A stretch of 64,000 nucleotides of DNA from Spirochaetia bacterium (GCA_965199955.1 CBDATQ010000001.1:768001-832000); one strand, 5' to 3'; shown: positions 18,568 to 30,107, counted from the stretch's first letter. Program-made: numbers and translations. Notes: generated from the sequence alone by a model not told the origin.

Positions 18568-19308
18568 TCAGCGGGCGGCAGCGCTTCTCATCGGCTCCAG
18601 GCTGAGCAGCTTGCGCCGCACGGAGGTCGTGCACCGGTCCGCGATGCTCGCGTAGTCGTCCCTGTTCGCGTTTTTCTCGCTCCACTTCTCGTAGATGAGG
18701 ATGATCGACTTCCGCGCCTGGCCGGTCCTGTTGACCATCGAGGTGTGCCATCCATAGGAGTTGAACAGCACGGCGTCGCCCGCCTTGCCGGCGAAGACCC
18801 GGTGGCCGGGCATCGTCTCCAGCGGCCGGGCATTGGGGCACTCGCCGGCGTCCGGCTTGTGGCTTCCCGGCACATAGCCGAATGCGCCGCCGTCGGCGGG
18901 AACGTCGTCGACGTAGATCTGCACCTTCATGTGCAGGGGGTAGGAGTGCGGGACGTCCGCGTGCCAGCGGAGGTAGCTGACCGGCTGCGCGGGCAGGGTC
19001 CGCACCTGCGGCGCGAGCAGCAGCAGCTTGTCGTCGGCGAAGTCCATCAGGTAGGGGTACCAGGAAGGGTGGTCGATCAGGTCGATGAAGGCGTCGTCCT
19101 TCTCGAACGGATTCTCGATGTCGAAGAACCCGCCCGGTCGCGTGCCCTGTGCAATGCCTTCCAGCCATTGCGCCTTTTCCTCGCGCACGCAGCGGTCGAA
19201 GGCCCGCTGCAGGCGAGTCAGCTCGGCGCCGGCCATGGCTCCCTCCAGGAACAGGTAGCCGTTCTCCTCCCAGAAGCGTCGCTCGCCGTCGGTCGGGTTC
19301 TGAGCCAT
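18568..19308 (-). CDS. PhyH-family dioxygenase
   Basis: FWEENGYL, WHAD, VPGSHK and WHT..N...RKS motifs. Confidence 0.85.
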   Translation of the reverse strand: MAQNPTDGERRFWEENGYLFLEGAMAGAELTRLQRAFDRCVREEKAQWLEGIAQGTRPGGFFDIENPFEKDDAFIDLIDHPSWYPYLMDFADDKLLLLAPQVRTLPAQPVSYLRWHADVPHSYPLHMKVQIYVDDVPADGGAFGYVPGSHKPDAGECPNARPLETMPGHRVFAGKAGDAVLFNSYGWHTSMVNRTGQARKSIILIYEKWSEKNANRDDYASIADRCTTSVRRKLLSLEPMRSAAAR

Positions 19309-19393
19309 CGCGGGTACGCACCGTAGCGTAGCACGGCCGGCCCGCGGCGCGTCGATTGCCGGCGCCCGCGCCCGGCAGGCAGGATTCCGGGAC

Positions 19394-20251
19394 ATGGACC
19401 CGACGACCGCACGCGGTGCCGAGCTGAACCGGCAACTCGTCCGTGACGGCTACTGCCACGTCCCCGGGGTGGCGCCGTCGGACCTGATCGAGCGGGTGCG
19501 GGCATTCGCCGACGGCGCCGCCGACCGCTTGTCCGACGCGCAGAAGGAGCGGACCCGGTTCCAGGGTTCGATGATCCAGGTGAAGGAACACGAGGAGATG
19601 CTGCCGCTGATCGTGCTGCCGGCGGCGCGCGCGGTGTTGGCCGGGATGGGCTATTCCGGCGCGCGCTTCATGTCCGGCTACATCATCAGCAAGCCACCGC
19701 TGGTGGCTCCGCCGCTGTTCTGGCACCAGGACGGCATCGTCTGGGACGACCCGACCAGCTACACCGACCAGCCGGTGCAGGTGTTCCTGATGTACTACCT
19801 GATCGACACCAACCGGCGGAACGGCTGCCTGCGGGTCATCCCGGGCTCGCATCGCCGACGTCATCGGCTGCACGGCCTGCCGCCGGCCCATGGCGAGGAC
19901 CTGGCACACGCCGGGGAGCATCATCCCGCGCTGCAGCCCGACCCGGACGAGATGGACGTGCCGGTCCGCGCGGGCGACGTGGTGATCGGCGACGCGCGCC
20001 TGCTGCACTCCGCTCACCCGAACGCCTCGGGACAGCGCCGCACCGTCATCACGCTGTGGTTTCTGCCGACCTGGCCGGACCTCCCCGAGCGCCTGCATGC
20101 GTTCTACGGCAGCCGCAACGTCCTGGAAGGAAGGCCCGCGGGCTGGAGCGACGCCGGCTGGCGCGCGCTGCGCGGCGTGCTCGCCTGGTACGACGGCCCG
20201 GTGGAACCCGAGGAGGTCAGCCGGACCCCGGACGCTCGCCTCACCTCCTGA
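19394..20251 (+). CDS. PhyH-family dioxygenase
   Basis: WHQD, NGCLRVIPGSH and LLHSAHPN...RRT motifs. Confidence 0.88.
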   Translation: MDPTTARGAELNRQLVRDGYCHVPGVAPSDLIERVRAFADGAADRLSDAQKERTRFQGSMIQVKEHEEMLPLIVLPAARAVLAGMGYSGARFMSGYIISKPPLVAPPLFWHQDGIVWDDPTSYTDQPVQVFLMYYLIDTNRRNGCLRVIPGSHRRRHRLHGLPPAHGEDLAHAGEHHPALQPDPDEMDVPVRAGDVVIGDARLLHSAHPNASGQRRTVITLWFLPTWPDLPERLHAFYGSRNVLEGRPAGWSDAGWRALRGVLAWYDGPVEPEEVSRTPDARLTS

Positions 20252-20297
20252 CGGTTCTTGCCGCGCGGTGAGCGGCGTGGTACGACAACCGGTCAAG

Positions 20298-21485
20298 ATG
20301 GCTACCGCTTACGAACCTCTGTCGGATGTCCGTCGCAACCTCAGAGTGGCGTGGTACCGCAGCCCGATCGAGCCGGCCACGCTCAGGCGGCTGATGCAGC
20401 GCAGCGACCTGCAGGGATGGCTGCAGTCCGGCGGCCACCTGCTCCTGTACCTGGCGCTCGGCGCCCTGGCGTTCCGGCTGTGGGCCGCTCAGGCGTGGGT
20501 GGCCTTCGCCTTCGCGCTGTTCGCCCATGGCACGGTGGCGAGCTTCATCCGCGGCGTCGCCCCGCACGAGCTCGCGCACGGCACGGTGTTCCGCACCAAG
20601 TGGCTGAACCACGTGTTCCTCTACGTCTACAGCGTGCTGAGCTGGTGGGACCCGTACGACTACGGCACCAGCCATACGTACCACCACCGCTACACGCTGT
20701 ACCCGGAGGGTGACCGGGAGAACCTGCTGCCGCTCAACCCCAAGGTCGGCGGTCCGTGGTTCCTGATCCAGATCTTCACCGTGAACCTGACCGGCCGTCC
20801 CGGCCGCACGTTCGGCAAGGGAGGCCTGATCTCCACGCTCGTGGTCACCTTCATGTCGGCGATCGGCAAGGTCGGCTACGTCCGCATGCCGGCCGGCGAG
20901 TGGGTCAGCGCCCTGCATTCAGACCAGCCGGCCGAGGCGCGCAAGTCGATGTGGTTCTCGCGCGTGCAGCTCGCCTTCCACGGCGCTGTGGCGGTCTACG
21001 GGATCGTCTCCGGGTACTGGATCCTGCCGATCCTGGTCGGCGTGGCGCCGCACATCGGCAACTGGCTGGTGTACCTGTGCGGCCTGCCCCAGCACTGCGG
21101 CCTGCGCGACAACGTCGCCGACTTCCGCAAGTCGACGCGTTCGATGAAGCTCGATCCGCTTTCGACCTTCCTCTACTGGCGGATGAACTGGCACGCCGAG
21201 CACCACATGTACGCCGGGGTGCCGTGCTACAACCTCAGGAAGCTGGCGCGTGAGATCGCGCACGACATGCCGGAGCCGCGCACCCTGTGGGGGGCGTGGC
21301 GGGAGATGCGCGAGGTCTGGAAGCGGCAGCAGACCGACCCCGGCTACCAGTTCGACACCCCGCTGCCTGACGAGGTGGCCCCGTCGGATGCGCGGGACGG
21401 TCGTCCCGACCAGCCGGACGACCTGGAAGCCTCCATAGGCGACTTGGCACCGCAGGGGCTGCAGACGGCTCCCGAGCAGCGGTAG
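20298..21485 (+). CDS. Fatty acid desaturase superfamily, MocD-like membrane di-iron enzyme
   Basis: His boxes HELAH, HTYHH and HAEHH; WYR.P..L.QRSD N-terminus; QHCGL.DNV. Confidence 0.85.
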   Translation: MATAYEPLSDVRRNLRVAWYRSPIEPATLRRLMQRSDLQGWLQSGGHLLLYLALGALAFRLWAAQAWVAFAFALFAHGTVASFIRGVAPHELAHGTVFRTKWLNHVFLYVYSVLSWWDPYDYGTSHTYHHRYTLYPEGDRENLLPLNPKVGGPWFLIQIFTVNLTGRPGRTFGKGGLISTLVVTFMSAIGKVGYVRMPAGEWVSALHSDQPAEARKSMWFSRVQLAFHGAVAVYGIVSGYWILPILVGVAPHIGNWLVYLCGLPQHCGLRDNVADFRKSTRSMKLDPLSTFLYWRMNWHAEHHMYAGVPCYNLRKLAREIAHDMPEPRTLWGAWREMREVWKRQQTDPGYQFDTPLPDEVAPSDARDGRPDQPDDLEASIGDLAPQGLQTAPEQR

Positions 21486-21490
21486 GGCGG

Positions 21491-22384
21491 ATGGCGGTCG
21501 CGGAGCGCGACGGTCGGCCCGCCGGCGGGGCCGGTTCGCTGGCCGGCACGGCTTCCCTTGAGGGGAAGTACGCGCTGGTCACCGGCAGCACGCAGGGGCT
21601 CGGCGCAGCCACCGCGCGGGCGTTCGCGGAGCGCGGCGCGGCGGGGGTGGTGGTGACCGGCCGTGACGCCGAGCGGGGAGAGGCGGTCGCGAGCGAGCTT
21701 GCCGGTCTGGGCTGCGACGCGCGCTTCGTGGCGGGCGACCTCGCCTGCCTGGATGACTGCCGGAACCTGGTGGCGGCCGCCGACCGCGCTTTCGGCACGC
21801 TGCATGTCCTGGTCAACGCCGCCGCCTTCACCGAGCGCTCCACGATCTGGGACACGACGCCGGAGTTCTACGAGCGGGTGATGAGCATCAACGTGCGCGC
21901 GCCATTCTTCCTGACGCAGGAGGCGGTCAAGGTGATGCAGCGCGAGGGCGTGGCCGGATCGATCGTCAACGTGTCGAGCGTGGCCGCGCACGGCGGCGAG
22001 CCCATGCTCTGCCCGTACTCGATCTCCAAGGCGGCGCTGAACGCGATGACCAAGAATGTCGCCTACTCCGTGATGCGCCACCGCATCCGCGTGAACGCCC
22101 TCAACCTCGGCTGGATGGACACGCCGGGCGAGGACGCGATCCAGCGTCGCTATCACACGGACGGCGGCGACTGGCTGGCCGCCGCCGAGGCCGCGCAGCC
22201 GTTCGGGCGGCTGATCAAGCCGGCCGAGGTGGCCCGCACCATCGCCTACCTGGCCTCGGAGGAGTCCGGCGTGATGACCGGGGCGCTGATCGACTACGAC
22301 CAGTCCGTGTTCGGCGCCGGCCGTCAGCCGATCCCGCCCCCGATGGACCAGTGGCCGTCGGTCGCGGGCGTGTCCTTCGCCTAG
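21491..22384 (+). CDS. SDR oxidoreductase
   Basis: [12 protein letters not shown] and catalytic YSISK. Confidence 0.9.
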   Translation: MAVAERDGRPAGGAGSLAGTASLEGKYALVTGSTQGLGAATARAFAERGAAGVVVTGRDAERGEAVASELAGLGCDARFVAGDLACLDDCRNLVAAADRAFGTLHVLVNAAAFTERSTIWDTTPEFYERVMSINVRAPFFLTQEAVKVMQREGVAGSIVNVSSVAAHGGEPMLCPYSISKAALNAMTKNVAYSVMRHRIRVNALNLGWMDTPGEDAIQRRYHTDGGDWLAAAEAAQPFGRLIKPAEVARTIAYLASEESGVMTGALIDYDQSVFGAGRQPIPPPMDQWPSVAGVSFA

Positions 22385-22408
22385 CGCACGGTGTCGACAC
22401 GGCGCTGG

Positions 22409-25228
22409 TCAGTCGGCCAGCAGCAGGGTGTAGAGACGGAGCGGGAGGTTCGCCGACAGGAACGCACGCCAGGTCGACGGGTCGCCGGCCGTGCGCAGAG
22501 GCACGTCCAGACCGCCGGCGACCGCCAGCGGCAGGTCGATCAGCGAGGTGAGGCCGGCGCTCAGCTCGATCCCGGCATGTGGGCTCCACTCGCGGCCGTC
22601 GGCGAGTTCCGGGAACTCCGTGAAGCGGTTCTCGGCCTCGATGTAGAGCGCGGCGGTGAGGCTGCGGAACACCACCAGGTCCAGGAGCCGGTCCTCGCGC
22701 CCGCCGACCAGCGGGACCAGCAGGTCCAGGCCGCCGTACGCGCGCGCAGCTGCCGGCCCGCCCGCGCGGCTGCCGCCGCCGGCGCGTAGCCGGCTCTCCA
22801 CCCCTTCGGCCGGCGCGGTGCCGATCCCGAACAGTCGCCAGTCGGCGCCCAGGTCCACGCTCGGCACCACATACACGCGCGGGACGATCCGGAGCGGCAC
22901 TGCCGCCGACAGGCTCGATTGCAGCGACCAGGTGCCGTCGCCCGGCAGCACCGTGAACCGCTGCCGCAGCGATGCGAAATGAGGAAAGGGTCCCGGCAGC
23001 TTCACCGAGTCGAGTCCGAGCCACGGCTCCAGCGCCGGGCGCTGATCGGCGTCCAGCCCGGCCGCCAATGACAGGCCGCTGTCGTAGTAGGTGGGGCGGG
23101 TGCCCACTTCCAGCGGCATGCGCAGCGGCTGCCGGAATGCAAGTGAGCCGCTCCAGTCTTCCGTGCCGTACCACGTGAACAGCCCACCGGCGCGCGCCCC
23201 ACGCGGCAGCGACAGCTCCGCTGCGGCATAGGCCCCCGGCACCACTGCCGGTGCCGTGGTGAACCACCTGACGGGATCACCCGGCGTTATCCGGGCGGCC
23301 GCCCCCGCACTCAGCCCGTACGACACCATCCCGGTCGACCAGTAGCCGACGCCGCCCCCCAGGCGCAGCGTGTCCGGAGACAGCTCGAACAGGCGCAGGT
23401 CGATGCCCACCAGGTCCGCCTCGTGCCGGCTGTGCTGGCGCACCACCCAGCTCAGCCTGCGCGGGTAGTGGTTGTTCTTTCGGTCGACGTCCAGCGTGTA
23501 CCAGGCCGGGTCGACCTCGACGCTTCGCACGCGGCCGGCGACCTCCAGCACCTCCGTGCCTCGCACCGTGAAGTCGAGCGTCCGTTCGCCTTCGCCGACA
23601 CGCTCCACGACGACCCGCACCGGGGCGGTCAGGCCGCTGTCGAGGAGGTCCCGGATCGTGATCCTGGCCACGTCCCCCTCGTGTGCCACGCCGGCCACGG
23701 CGTAGTCGGGATAGCGGCCGGTGGTCAGCACCTGCTCGCCGGCGCTCCGCATGCCCGGCCGGCGCTCCTCCAGGTGGGCGAGGAAGCGCTCGGTGTCGAC
23801 GAACCGGTGGCGGTACCGGCGGGCGTACTCGCCCAGTGCCTCGTCGAAGGCGTCCTTGCCCATCTCGGTGGCGAGCTGGCGCACGGCCAGCGCGCCCTTG
23901 TCGTAGATGACGGCCGTCAATCCGTTCTGGTTCCGGGCGTCCACGTCGCTCGCCACCGGGAAGTCGAAGCCCGCCTTGCGCAGCGCGTGGAACCGGGTCA
24001 CCAGCCGCTCGCGGAAGCTGTGGTAGCCCAGCAGGCGGCGGGCGATCGTACCCGCCGCGCCGGCGTCGCCGGGGAACAGGTTGTCGTCCGCGCCGTACTT
24101 CCGCTCCAGGTAGTCCAGGGTCACGTACTGGGTCAGCGATTCGCTGAGCCAGTTGTCGCTGATGAAGTCCACGGCCGTGCCGATGCCGAAGTAGAAGTGC
24201 CCGATCTCGTGCGCGACCAGGAACTCCAGCACGCGGTCCCAGAGGGCTCGCGCCGGCACGTCGGCGTTGAACGCGCCGCTGCCCAGCATCACGAAGGCGT
24301 CGGCCGCCATGCCCCAGGCGCCGGGCCGCACTCCCTCGACGATGGTGACGCGGCGATAGTCCAGCGGCCCGAGGACGGCGGCGTAGTGGTTCAGCGCCTC
24401 GGCGGCGTAGCCGGCGAGCTTGCGCGCCTGGCGCTCGTGGCCGGGGCGATGGAACAGGCGCACCTCCGCGTGCGCGGATGCGGTCTCGACGAGCCGGAAG
24501 CGGTCCTCGGGAAAGATGGTCAGGGGTATGGTGACTGCCGGCGTCCGGCTCTCGATCACGTAGGCGGTACCGTCCTCCACGGGCGAGGAGCGCTCGTCGT
24601 GCGAGATCACCCGGTAGCCGGGCGGGACGACGAGGCGCACGCGGTAGCCGTGGATCGGCGGCAGCGTGTACTGGTCCGGATCGGGATAGAGACGCGGATA
24701 CCAGGCGAAGCGCTGCACGAACACGCCGTCGAGGCTGGTGAGGTCTCCGGCGCGCAGGGCAGGCAGGCGAGTCCGGAACGTGACGGTGAGCCGGTAGCGG
24801 TCGCGCGGCGGCAGCCGCAGCCGCACCGCCAGCCCGGGTATGGGATAGGTGAACTGGCGGCGGCCCGCCAGCGGGAGCGCCTCGAACGGCACCTCGGCGC
24901 CGTGCGCGTCGACGATACGGGTGATGCGCGTGTAGCCGGCCTCGAACCCGGCCTGGTAGCTGGCGTCTTCGATCAACGGGTTGGCGTGGGGGTTGGGGAT
25001 GGCGCCGGCGTTGTTGAGCAGTGCCAGTACCGCCGCCTTGCCGCCCGCGAAGTCGGCCATCTCGGAGCGGCTGAAGGAGATCACCTGCGTTCCGGCGACC
25101 ACCGACTCCACCGGGTCGTACGTCAGGTCGAACTCGTAGTCGACGGCCGCGAGTGGCGCCGGCTGCAGCAGGGCAGCGGCGGCCAGCGCCAAGGCGGCGG
25201 CGCCGAAAGGGTTCAAGGGCTTCCTCAT
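22409..25228 (-). CDS. Secreted M1-family (gluzincin) metallopeptidase with long beta-rich C-terminus
   Basis: Signal peptide, HEIGH-X18-E zinc motif, IYDKGA and VDP...LD.DRKNN. Confidence 0.8.
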   Translation of the reverse strand: MRKPLNPFGAAALALAAAALLQPAPLAAVDYEFDLTYDPVESVVAGTQVISFSRSEMADFAGGKAAVLALLNNAGAIPNPHANPLIEDASYQAGFEAGYTRITRIVDAHGAEVPFEALPLAGRRQFTYPIPGLAVRLRLPPRDRYRLTVTFRTRLPALRAGDLTSLDGVFVQRFAWYPRLYPDPDQYTLPPIHGYRVRLVVPPGYRVISHDERSSPVEDGTAYVIESRTPAVTIPLTIFPEDRFRLVETASAHAEVRLFHRPGHERQARKLAGYAAEALNHYAAVLGPLDYRRVTIVEGVRPGAWGMAADAFVMLGSGAFNADVPARALWDRVLEFLVAHEIGHFYFGIGTAVDFISDNWLSESLTQYVTLDYLERKYGADDNLFPGDAGAAGTIARRLLGYHSFRERLVTRFHALRKAGFDFPVASDVDARNQNGLTAVIYDKGALAVRQLATEMGKDAFDEALGEYARRYRHRFVDTERFLAHLEERRPGMRSAGEQVLTTGRYPDYAVAGVAHEGDVARITIRDLLDSGLTAPVRVVVERVGEGERTLDFTVRGTEVLEVAGRVRSVEVDPAWYTLDVDRKNNHYPRRLSWVVRQHSRHEADLVGIDLRLFELSPDTLRLGGGVGYWSTGMVSYGLSAGAAARITPGDPVRWFTTAPAVVPGAYAAAELSLPRGARAGGLFTWYGTEDWSGSLAFRQPLRMPLEVGTRPTYYDSGLSLAAGLDADQRPALEPWLGLDSVKLPGPFPHFASLRQRFTVLPGDGTWSLQSSLSAAVPLRIVPRVYVVPSVDLGADWRLFGIGTAPAEGVESRLRAGGGSRAGGPAAARAYGGLDLLVPLVGGREDRLLDLVVFRSLTAALYIEAENRFTEFPELADGREWSPHAGIELSAGLTSLIDLPLAVAGGLDVPLRTAGDPSTWRAFLSANLPLRLYTLLLAD

Positions 25229-25356
25229 CACGGCGACTCTGGTCGTGCCATTGGCTGGCGAGCGACTGGAACCACGACACCGCGCCCATCGGCTCTCGGG
25301 TGACCTGTCACCGTACTGGGAGTGTCACATCGAACCGGACTGGCTACTGTCAGGAT

Positions 25357-26366
25357 TTACGTCCGGCGCTTCCGCATGCGGGCGTGGGTGCGGGCGCGCA
25401 TCCGGGCGTGCGCTTCCTCGGTGCCGTCGTGGAAGCTGCCGAACATGCGGTCGAACATCATCCCGTTGTCGCCCGCGTAGTTGCACTCGAAGTAGCGGTG
25501 GTGGAGGTAGTGGTAGTAGCTGCCGTGCTTGAGCGCCATCGACTCATTGCCAAGCTCCGCCTTCTCGTACCCGGTATGGCCGGTCGCGGGCGAGAGGGCG
25601 GCGTGCTGCAGGTGGAGATGGCGTGCAGGGGGTGGGACGGCAGGATCCAGTGCAGGAACACGCCGGTGAAGTAGAGCAGGTGCTCGATCGGGTGCATGGA
25701 CAGCCCGGACCACGGACCGACGTTGATGTTGCGGTGATGAAGGTAGTGGGCGGCCTTGTAGATCGGCTTCCAGTGCAGGAGGCGGTGTACCCAGTAGAAG
25801 TGGATGTCCCGGATCAGCGGTATCAGTACCAGCAGGGCGACGAAGTACACGGGGTTGGTGCGCAGCTCGACGAAGGGCAGGTAGCCGTTGGCGTAGGCCC
25901 ACAGCGTCAGGATCTCGTACGCCGACCAGATGCCGCCGCCTGACACCATGCTCCAGAACACGTTGTCACGGATCTGGTGATTGAAGGTGAACCCGCGGTG
26001 CTTGGTGCTCAGCCAGCGGTTGCTGAACTTGTAGCGCATCCCCTGCGCCCGCTGGACGTACAGCCGCACGTGCCAGAGGCCGAACCAGACGAACATCAGC
26101 GCGGCGTTGCGGGCCAGGATCCATGCCATCCATCCCGGGCGGAACGTGGCCATCGACTCCAGCGGCGGGGTGAGCACGAACCAGACGAGCGCCGTGGTCC
26201 CGAACCAGAACGCGTTCAGCGGCCACAGGTAGCCGGGGAACCCGAACATCCACTTGAGAAACGCCAGCGGCTTGGGCGGCCACTGGAAGGGCGGCGGGAA
26301 CTCGATCCGCTCCGTGGGCTTCCACTCGCCGCGCGCGTCGCGAACACCAAGGTCGGCAGACGCCAT
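25357..26366 (-). pseudogene. Sterol desaturase/fatty acid hydroxylase family, 1-nt frameshift
   Basis: HRLLH, HYLHH and HYLHHRYFECNY motifs; frame break near 25615 (ATC TCC AC where ATC TTC CAC is expected). Confidence 0.8.
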
Positions 26367-26420
26367 AGCCCTTGAACGGTAGCGCGGCGAGGGGCCGTTC
26401 GCAATCGGTGCCGAGCAGCG

Positions 26421-27932
26421 TCAGGCGCCGGCGATGCGCGGCATCGGCAGGGGCTCCTTGCCCATCTCCGCGAACAGCAGCTTGCGGATCAGCTCGTTCT
26501 TGAGCCCCTGGGCCTCCGGGACGTCCCAGAGGTTGTCGACCTCGCCCGGGTCGGTCGCCAAGTCGAACAGCTCGCCGTAGTCCTGCCGGTAGTAGACGGT
26601 CAGCTTGTAGCGGTCCTCGACGTAGGTCTTGAGGTGCACGGTGGTCGGCTCGTGCCGGTTCTCGACCACCACGTGGTCGCGGCGCGACGGCCGCCGCCCG
26701 TACCACACGCCGGTCTGGTCGATGCCGGTCATCGATGCGGGGACGGCGATGCCGGCCGCCGCCAGGAACGACGGCGCGAAGTCCACCAGCGACTGCAAGG
26801 CGTCCGAACGCCGGCCGGCCGGCACGCCGCCCGGCTGCGCGACGATCAGCGGCACGCGGATCAGGTCCTCGTAGTGGAACGCCCCCTTGCCGGTCATTCC
26901 GTGCTGGCCGAACAGGTGGCCGTGGTCGGAGGTGAACACCACCAGCGTGTCGGAGGCCAGCCCCACCGCCTCCAGCCGGTCCAGGATCCTCCCGATCTGC
27001 GCGTCCATCAGGCTGATCATCCCGTAGTAGCAGGCGATGTCCCTGGCCAGCTCGTCCCGGTCGTGCAGGTGCGAGGTGCAGCCGTGCACGCCCTGGCCGC
27101 TCTCCTTCCACGCCGAAAAGTAGGGATTCGCCGTCTGCTTGAGGCGAAAGTGGGGCGGGTTGGCATCGTGCTCGCCGGGCTGCACCGCCGGCACGGTGAG
27201 CGCGGCGGGATTGTACATCGAGTCCCACGGCTCCGGGACCAGGTACGTGGGGTGCGGGTCGAGGAAGCTTGCCCAGAGAAAGAAGCGCTCACCGCGCTCC
27301 GCGTACCCGTCAAGCAGGTCGCAGCAGCGCTCGGCGATCCAGGTGCCGTAGTGGAACGCCTCCGGAATCTCCCAGGTCCGCCGCTGGCGGTCGTTGGTGC
27401 CGGTCGGCGGGCGGAAGTAGCCGCGCCAGTCGGCCAGCCCCTTGCGCTCCATCCAGAGCGCGTAGTGCTGGCCGACGTACGCCTCGTCGGTGTGGTTGCG
27501 CGCCAGCGCGACGTGCTCGAACCCGTAGAACGGGCCGTGGAATCCTCGCCAGAACTCCAGGTCCTGGAGCGTGGGATACGCTTCCAGCGACGGGTGCTCG
27601 CAGGTCCCGGCCGTCGGCTGGAAGTGCGCCTTGCCCACCAGCGCGGTGCGCACGCCGGCACCCTGGAAGTCCTCGCCGACCGTGTGCTCGGATTCAAGCA
27701 GCTTGGTGCCGAGCGACCAGGCGCCATGCTGGCTGGGATAGCGGCCGGTGATGATCGACGCGCGCGTCGGCGTGCAGGTCGGGTTGGGGCAGTAGGCGCG
27801 GGTGAACAGCGTGCCGCGCGCGGCCAGCCGGTCCAGGTTGGGCGTGCGGAGCTCCCCGTTCAGGCAGCCCAGAGTGTTCCAGTGCTGCTGGTCGGAGGTG
27901 ATCAGGAGGACGTTGCGGGCGGCGAGCGGCAT
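26421..27932 (-). CDS. Sulfatase (formylglycine-dependent)
   Basis: NVLLITSDQ, CTPTR (CxPxR), GKAH and FTSDHG motifs. Confidence 0.92.
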   Translation of the reverse strand: MPLAARNVLLITSDQQHWNTLGCLNGELRTPNLDRLAARGTLFTRAYCPNPTCTPTRASIITGRYPSQHGAWSLGTKLLESEHTVGEDFQGAGVRTALVGKAHFQPTAGTCEHPSLEAYPTLQDLEFWRGFHGPFYGFEHVALARNHTDEAYVGQHYALWMERKGLADWRGYFRPPTGTNDRQRRTWEIPEAFHYGTWIAERCCDLLDGYAERGERFFLWASFLDPHPTYLVPEPWDSMYNPAALTVPAVQPGEHDANPPHFRLKQTANPYFSAWKESGQGVHGCTSHLHDRDELARDIACYYGMISLMDAQIGRILDRLEAVGLASDTLVVFTSDHGHLFGQHGMTGKGAFHYEDLIRVPLIVAQPGGVPAGRRSDALQSLVDFAPSFLAAAGIAVPASMTGIDQTGVWYGRRPSRRDHVVVENRHEPTTVHLKTYVEDRYKLTVYYRQDYGELFDLATDPGEVDNLWDVPEAQGLKNELIRKLLFAEMGKEPLPMPRIAGA

Positions 27933-28001
27933 ACCCGTATCAGAGCGGAGTCCCCGCCGGCTGTCCATGCATGGCGTGTGCGTGGCAGTGTCGGCCCCAC
28001 C

Positions 28002-30107
28002 GTGGCGCGCCAAGAGCAGAGACCGGTGCGCATCGGCGCCGACGTCGGCGGGACCTTCACCGACGTCGTGCTGACCGATGGGGCCGGCAGGGTCTGGACC
28101 CACAAGCTGCCCTCGACGCCGCCGGACTTCGAGCAGGCGGCCCTGGAGGGCATCCGGCGCACGCTGAGCATGGCCGGCGTGGACGGCGGCGCCGTCGGAC
28201 TCGTCTCTCATGGCACGACGGTGGCGACCAACGCCGTGCTGGAAGGCCGCGGCGCGCGCACGGCGCTGATCACCACGGCCGGGTTCCGCGACGTGCTGGA
28301 GCTGCGCCGCCTGCGCGCCCCGCAGCTCTACGACCTGTTCTTCGAAAAGCCGCCGGCCCTCATCGAGCGCCGCCTGCGGTTCGAGCTGGACGAGCGGGTC
28401 ACCGCCGCCGGCGAGGTCCTGCGCGGCGTTCGCGAGGAGGACCTCGAGCACATCGCCGCGGAGCTGGTCCGGGAACGCGTGGAGTCGGTCGCCGTCTGCC
28501 TGCTGCACGCCTACACCTACCCTGGGCACGAGCGCCAGGTCGGCGCGTTCCTGAGCAGGGAGCTGCCGGAGATGCAGGTCTCGCTCTCCTGCGACATCCT
28601 GCCGGAGCGGCGCGAGTACGAGCGCACGGCGACCACGGCGGTCAACGCCTACGTCCGCCCGACGATGGCCGCTTACCTGCTGGCCATGCGGCGCGGCCTG
28701 GACGAGCTGGGCATCGGCGCGCCGCTGCTCATCATGCAGTCGTCCGGCGGCCTGGCCTCGGAGGCGCACACCGCCCGGCGGCCGGTCTTCATGCTGGAGT
28801 CCGGCCCCGCCGCGGGCGTCCTGGCCGCCAACCTGACCGCCGGGAGGCTCGGGGTGGACAACATCGTCACCCTGGACATGGGCGGCACCACCGCCAAGGC
28901 GTCGATGGTCGAGGCCGGGCGCGTGAACTACTCCGCCGAGTACGAGGTGGGCGCATCGCTCTCCTCGGGCAGCCGCCTGGTCGGAGGGGGCGGCGAGCTG
29001 ATCCGCGCCCCGACCATCGACATCGCCGAGGTCGGCGCCGGCGGCGGCAGCGTGGCGTATGTGGACACGGCCGGCGGCCTGCGCGTCGGCCCGCGCTCGG
29101 CAGGAGCGCGGCCGGGCCCCGCCTGCTACTGCCGCGGCGGCGAAGAGCCCACGCTCACCGACGCCAACGTCGTGCTGGGCTACATCCGCCCCGGTCCCCT
29201 GGCGGACGGCGACGTCGTGGTCGACGGCGAGCTCGCCCGGCGCAGCGTGGCGGACCGCATCGCCGGTCCACTCGGCCTGGACCTGCCGGCCGCCGCGTTC
29301 GGGATCCACCAGATCGCCAATGCGACCACCATGCGCGCGCTGCGTCAGGTGTCCACCGAGCGCGGCCGCGACCCGCGCGAATTCACGCTGGTGGCGTTCG
29401 GCGGCGCCGGTCCCATCCACGCCGCGGGCCTGGCCGGCGAGCTGGCCATCCGCCGCGTGGTCATCCCGCCGCTGCCCGGGCTGTTCAGCGCCATGGGGCT
29501 GCTGTTCTCCGGCATCGAGCACCACGCCGTCCGAAGCTGCATGCTGTCGCGGCAGGACCTGTCGGCGGAGGCGCTGGAAGCCGTTCGCGCCGAGCTGCGC
29601 GCCGACGTGCTGGACACGTTTGCCGAGGAGGGGCACGCCGCGGACGAGGTCGCCGTGCGCTATACCGCGGACGTGCGCTTCCGCGGGCAGACCTCGGAGA
29701 TCAACGTGCCGCTGGCCTCCGGTTCGTGGGGGGCGGCGGAGCTTGCGGCCATGCAGGAAGCCTTCGCGGACGAGCACGAGCGCCTGTACGGCCACCGCTC
29801 CGATCCCGACAATCCGGTCGAGGTGATCGCGGTGCGCGCGGTCGGCCGCGCCGAGGTTGCGGACATGACCGACCGCCTGCGGCCGGGCGCCGCCGCGGCA
29901 GGGGAGTCGCGCGACCGCAGCGCCTGGTTCGGCCCGTCGTGGGGCAGCATCGACACGCCGGTGTGCCGGCGGGGGGATCTGCGGGCCGGCGAGCGCGGCC
30001 CGCTGCTGATCGACGAGTACGACACCACGATCGTCGTGTCGCCGGGCATGCGCGCGCGCACCGACGACCGGCTCAACGTCCACATCGAACCTGAGAGGTC
30101 GTCATGA
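28002..30107 (+). CDS. Hydantoinase/oxoprolinase subunit A
   Basis: IGADVGGTFTD, HGTTVATN, ESGPAAG and DMGGTT motifs. Confidence 0.92.
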   Translation: MARQEQRPVRIGADVGGTFTDVVLTDGAGRVWTHKLPSTPPDFEQAALEGIRRTLSMAGVDGGAVGLVSHGTTVATNAVLEGRGARTALITTAGFRDVLELRRLRAPQLYDLFFEKPPALIERRLRFELDERVTAAGEVLRGVREEDLEHIAAELVRERVESVAVCLLHAYTYPGHERQVGAFLSRELPEMQVSLSCDILPERREYERTATTAVNAYVRPTMAAYLLAMRRGLDELGIGAPLLIMQSSGGLASEAHTARRPVFMLESGPAAGVLAANLTAGRLGVDNIVTLDMGGTTAKASMVEAGRVNYSAEYEVGASLSSGSRLVGGGGELIRAPTIDIAEVGAGGGSVAYVDTAGGLRVGPRSAGARPGPACYCRGGEEPTLTDANVVLGYIRPGPLADGDVVVDGELARRSVADRIAGPLGLDLPAAAFGIHQIANATTMRALRQVSTERGRDPREFTLVAFGGAGPIHAAGLAGELAIRRVVIPPLPGLFSAMGLLFSGIEHHAVRSCMLSRQDLSAEALEAVRAELRADVLDTFAEEGHAADEVAVRYTADVRFRGQTSEINVPLASGSWGAAELAAMQEAFADEHERLYGHRSDPDNPVEVIAVRAVGRAEVADMTDRLRPGAAAAGESRDRSAWFGPSWGSIDTPVCRRGDLRAGERGPLLIDEYDTTIVVSPGMRARTDDRLNVHIEPERSS

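Noticed and set aside
25299..25312. Palindrome GGTGAC-CT-GTCACC upstream of the M1 peptidase
   Set aside because: A single short palindrome with no cognate regulator identifiable; could be chance.
26421..30107. 1220-aa (-) and 1157-aa (+) giant ORFs
   Set aside because: They are antisense extensions of the divergent sulfatase and hydantoinase A genes; real starts are near 27932 and 28002.
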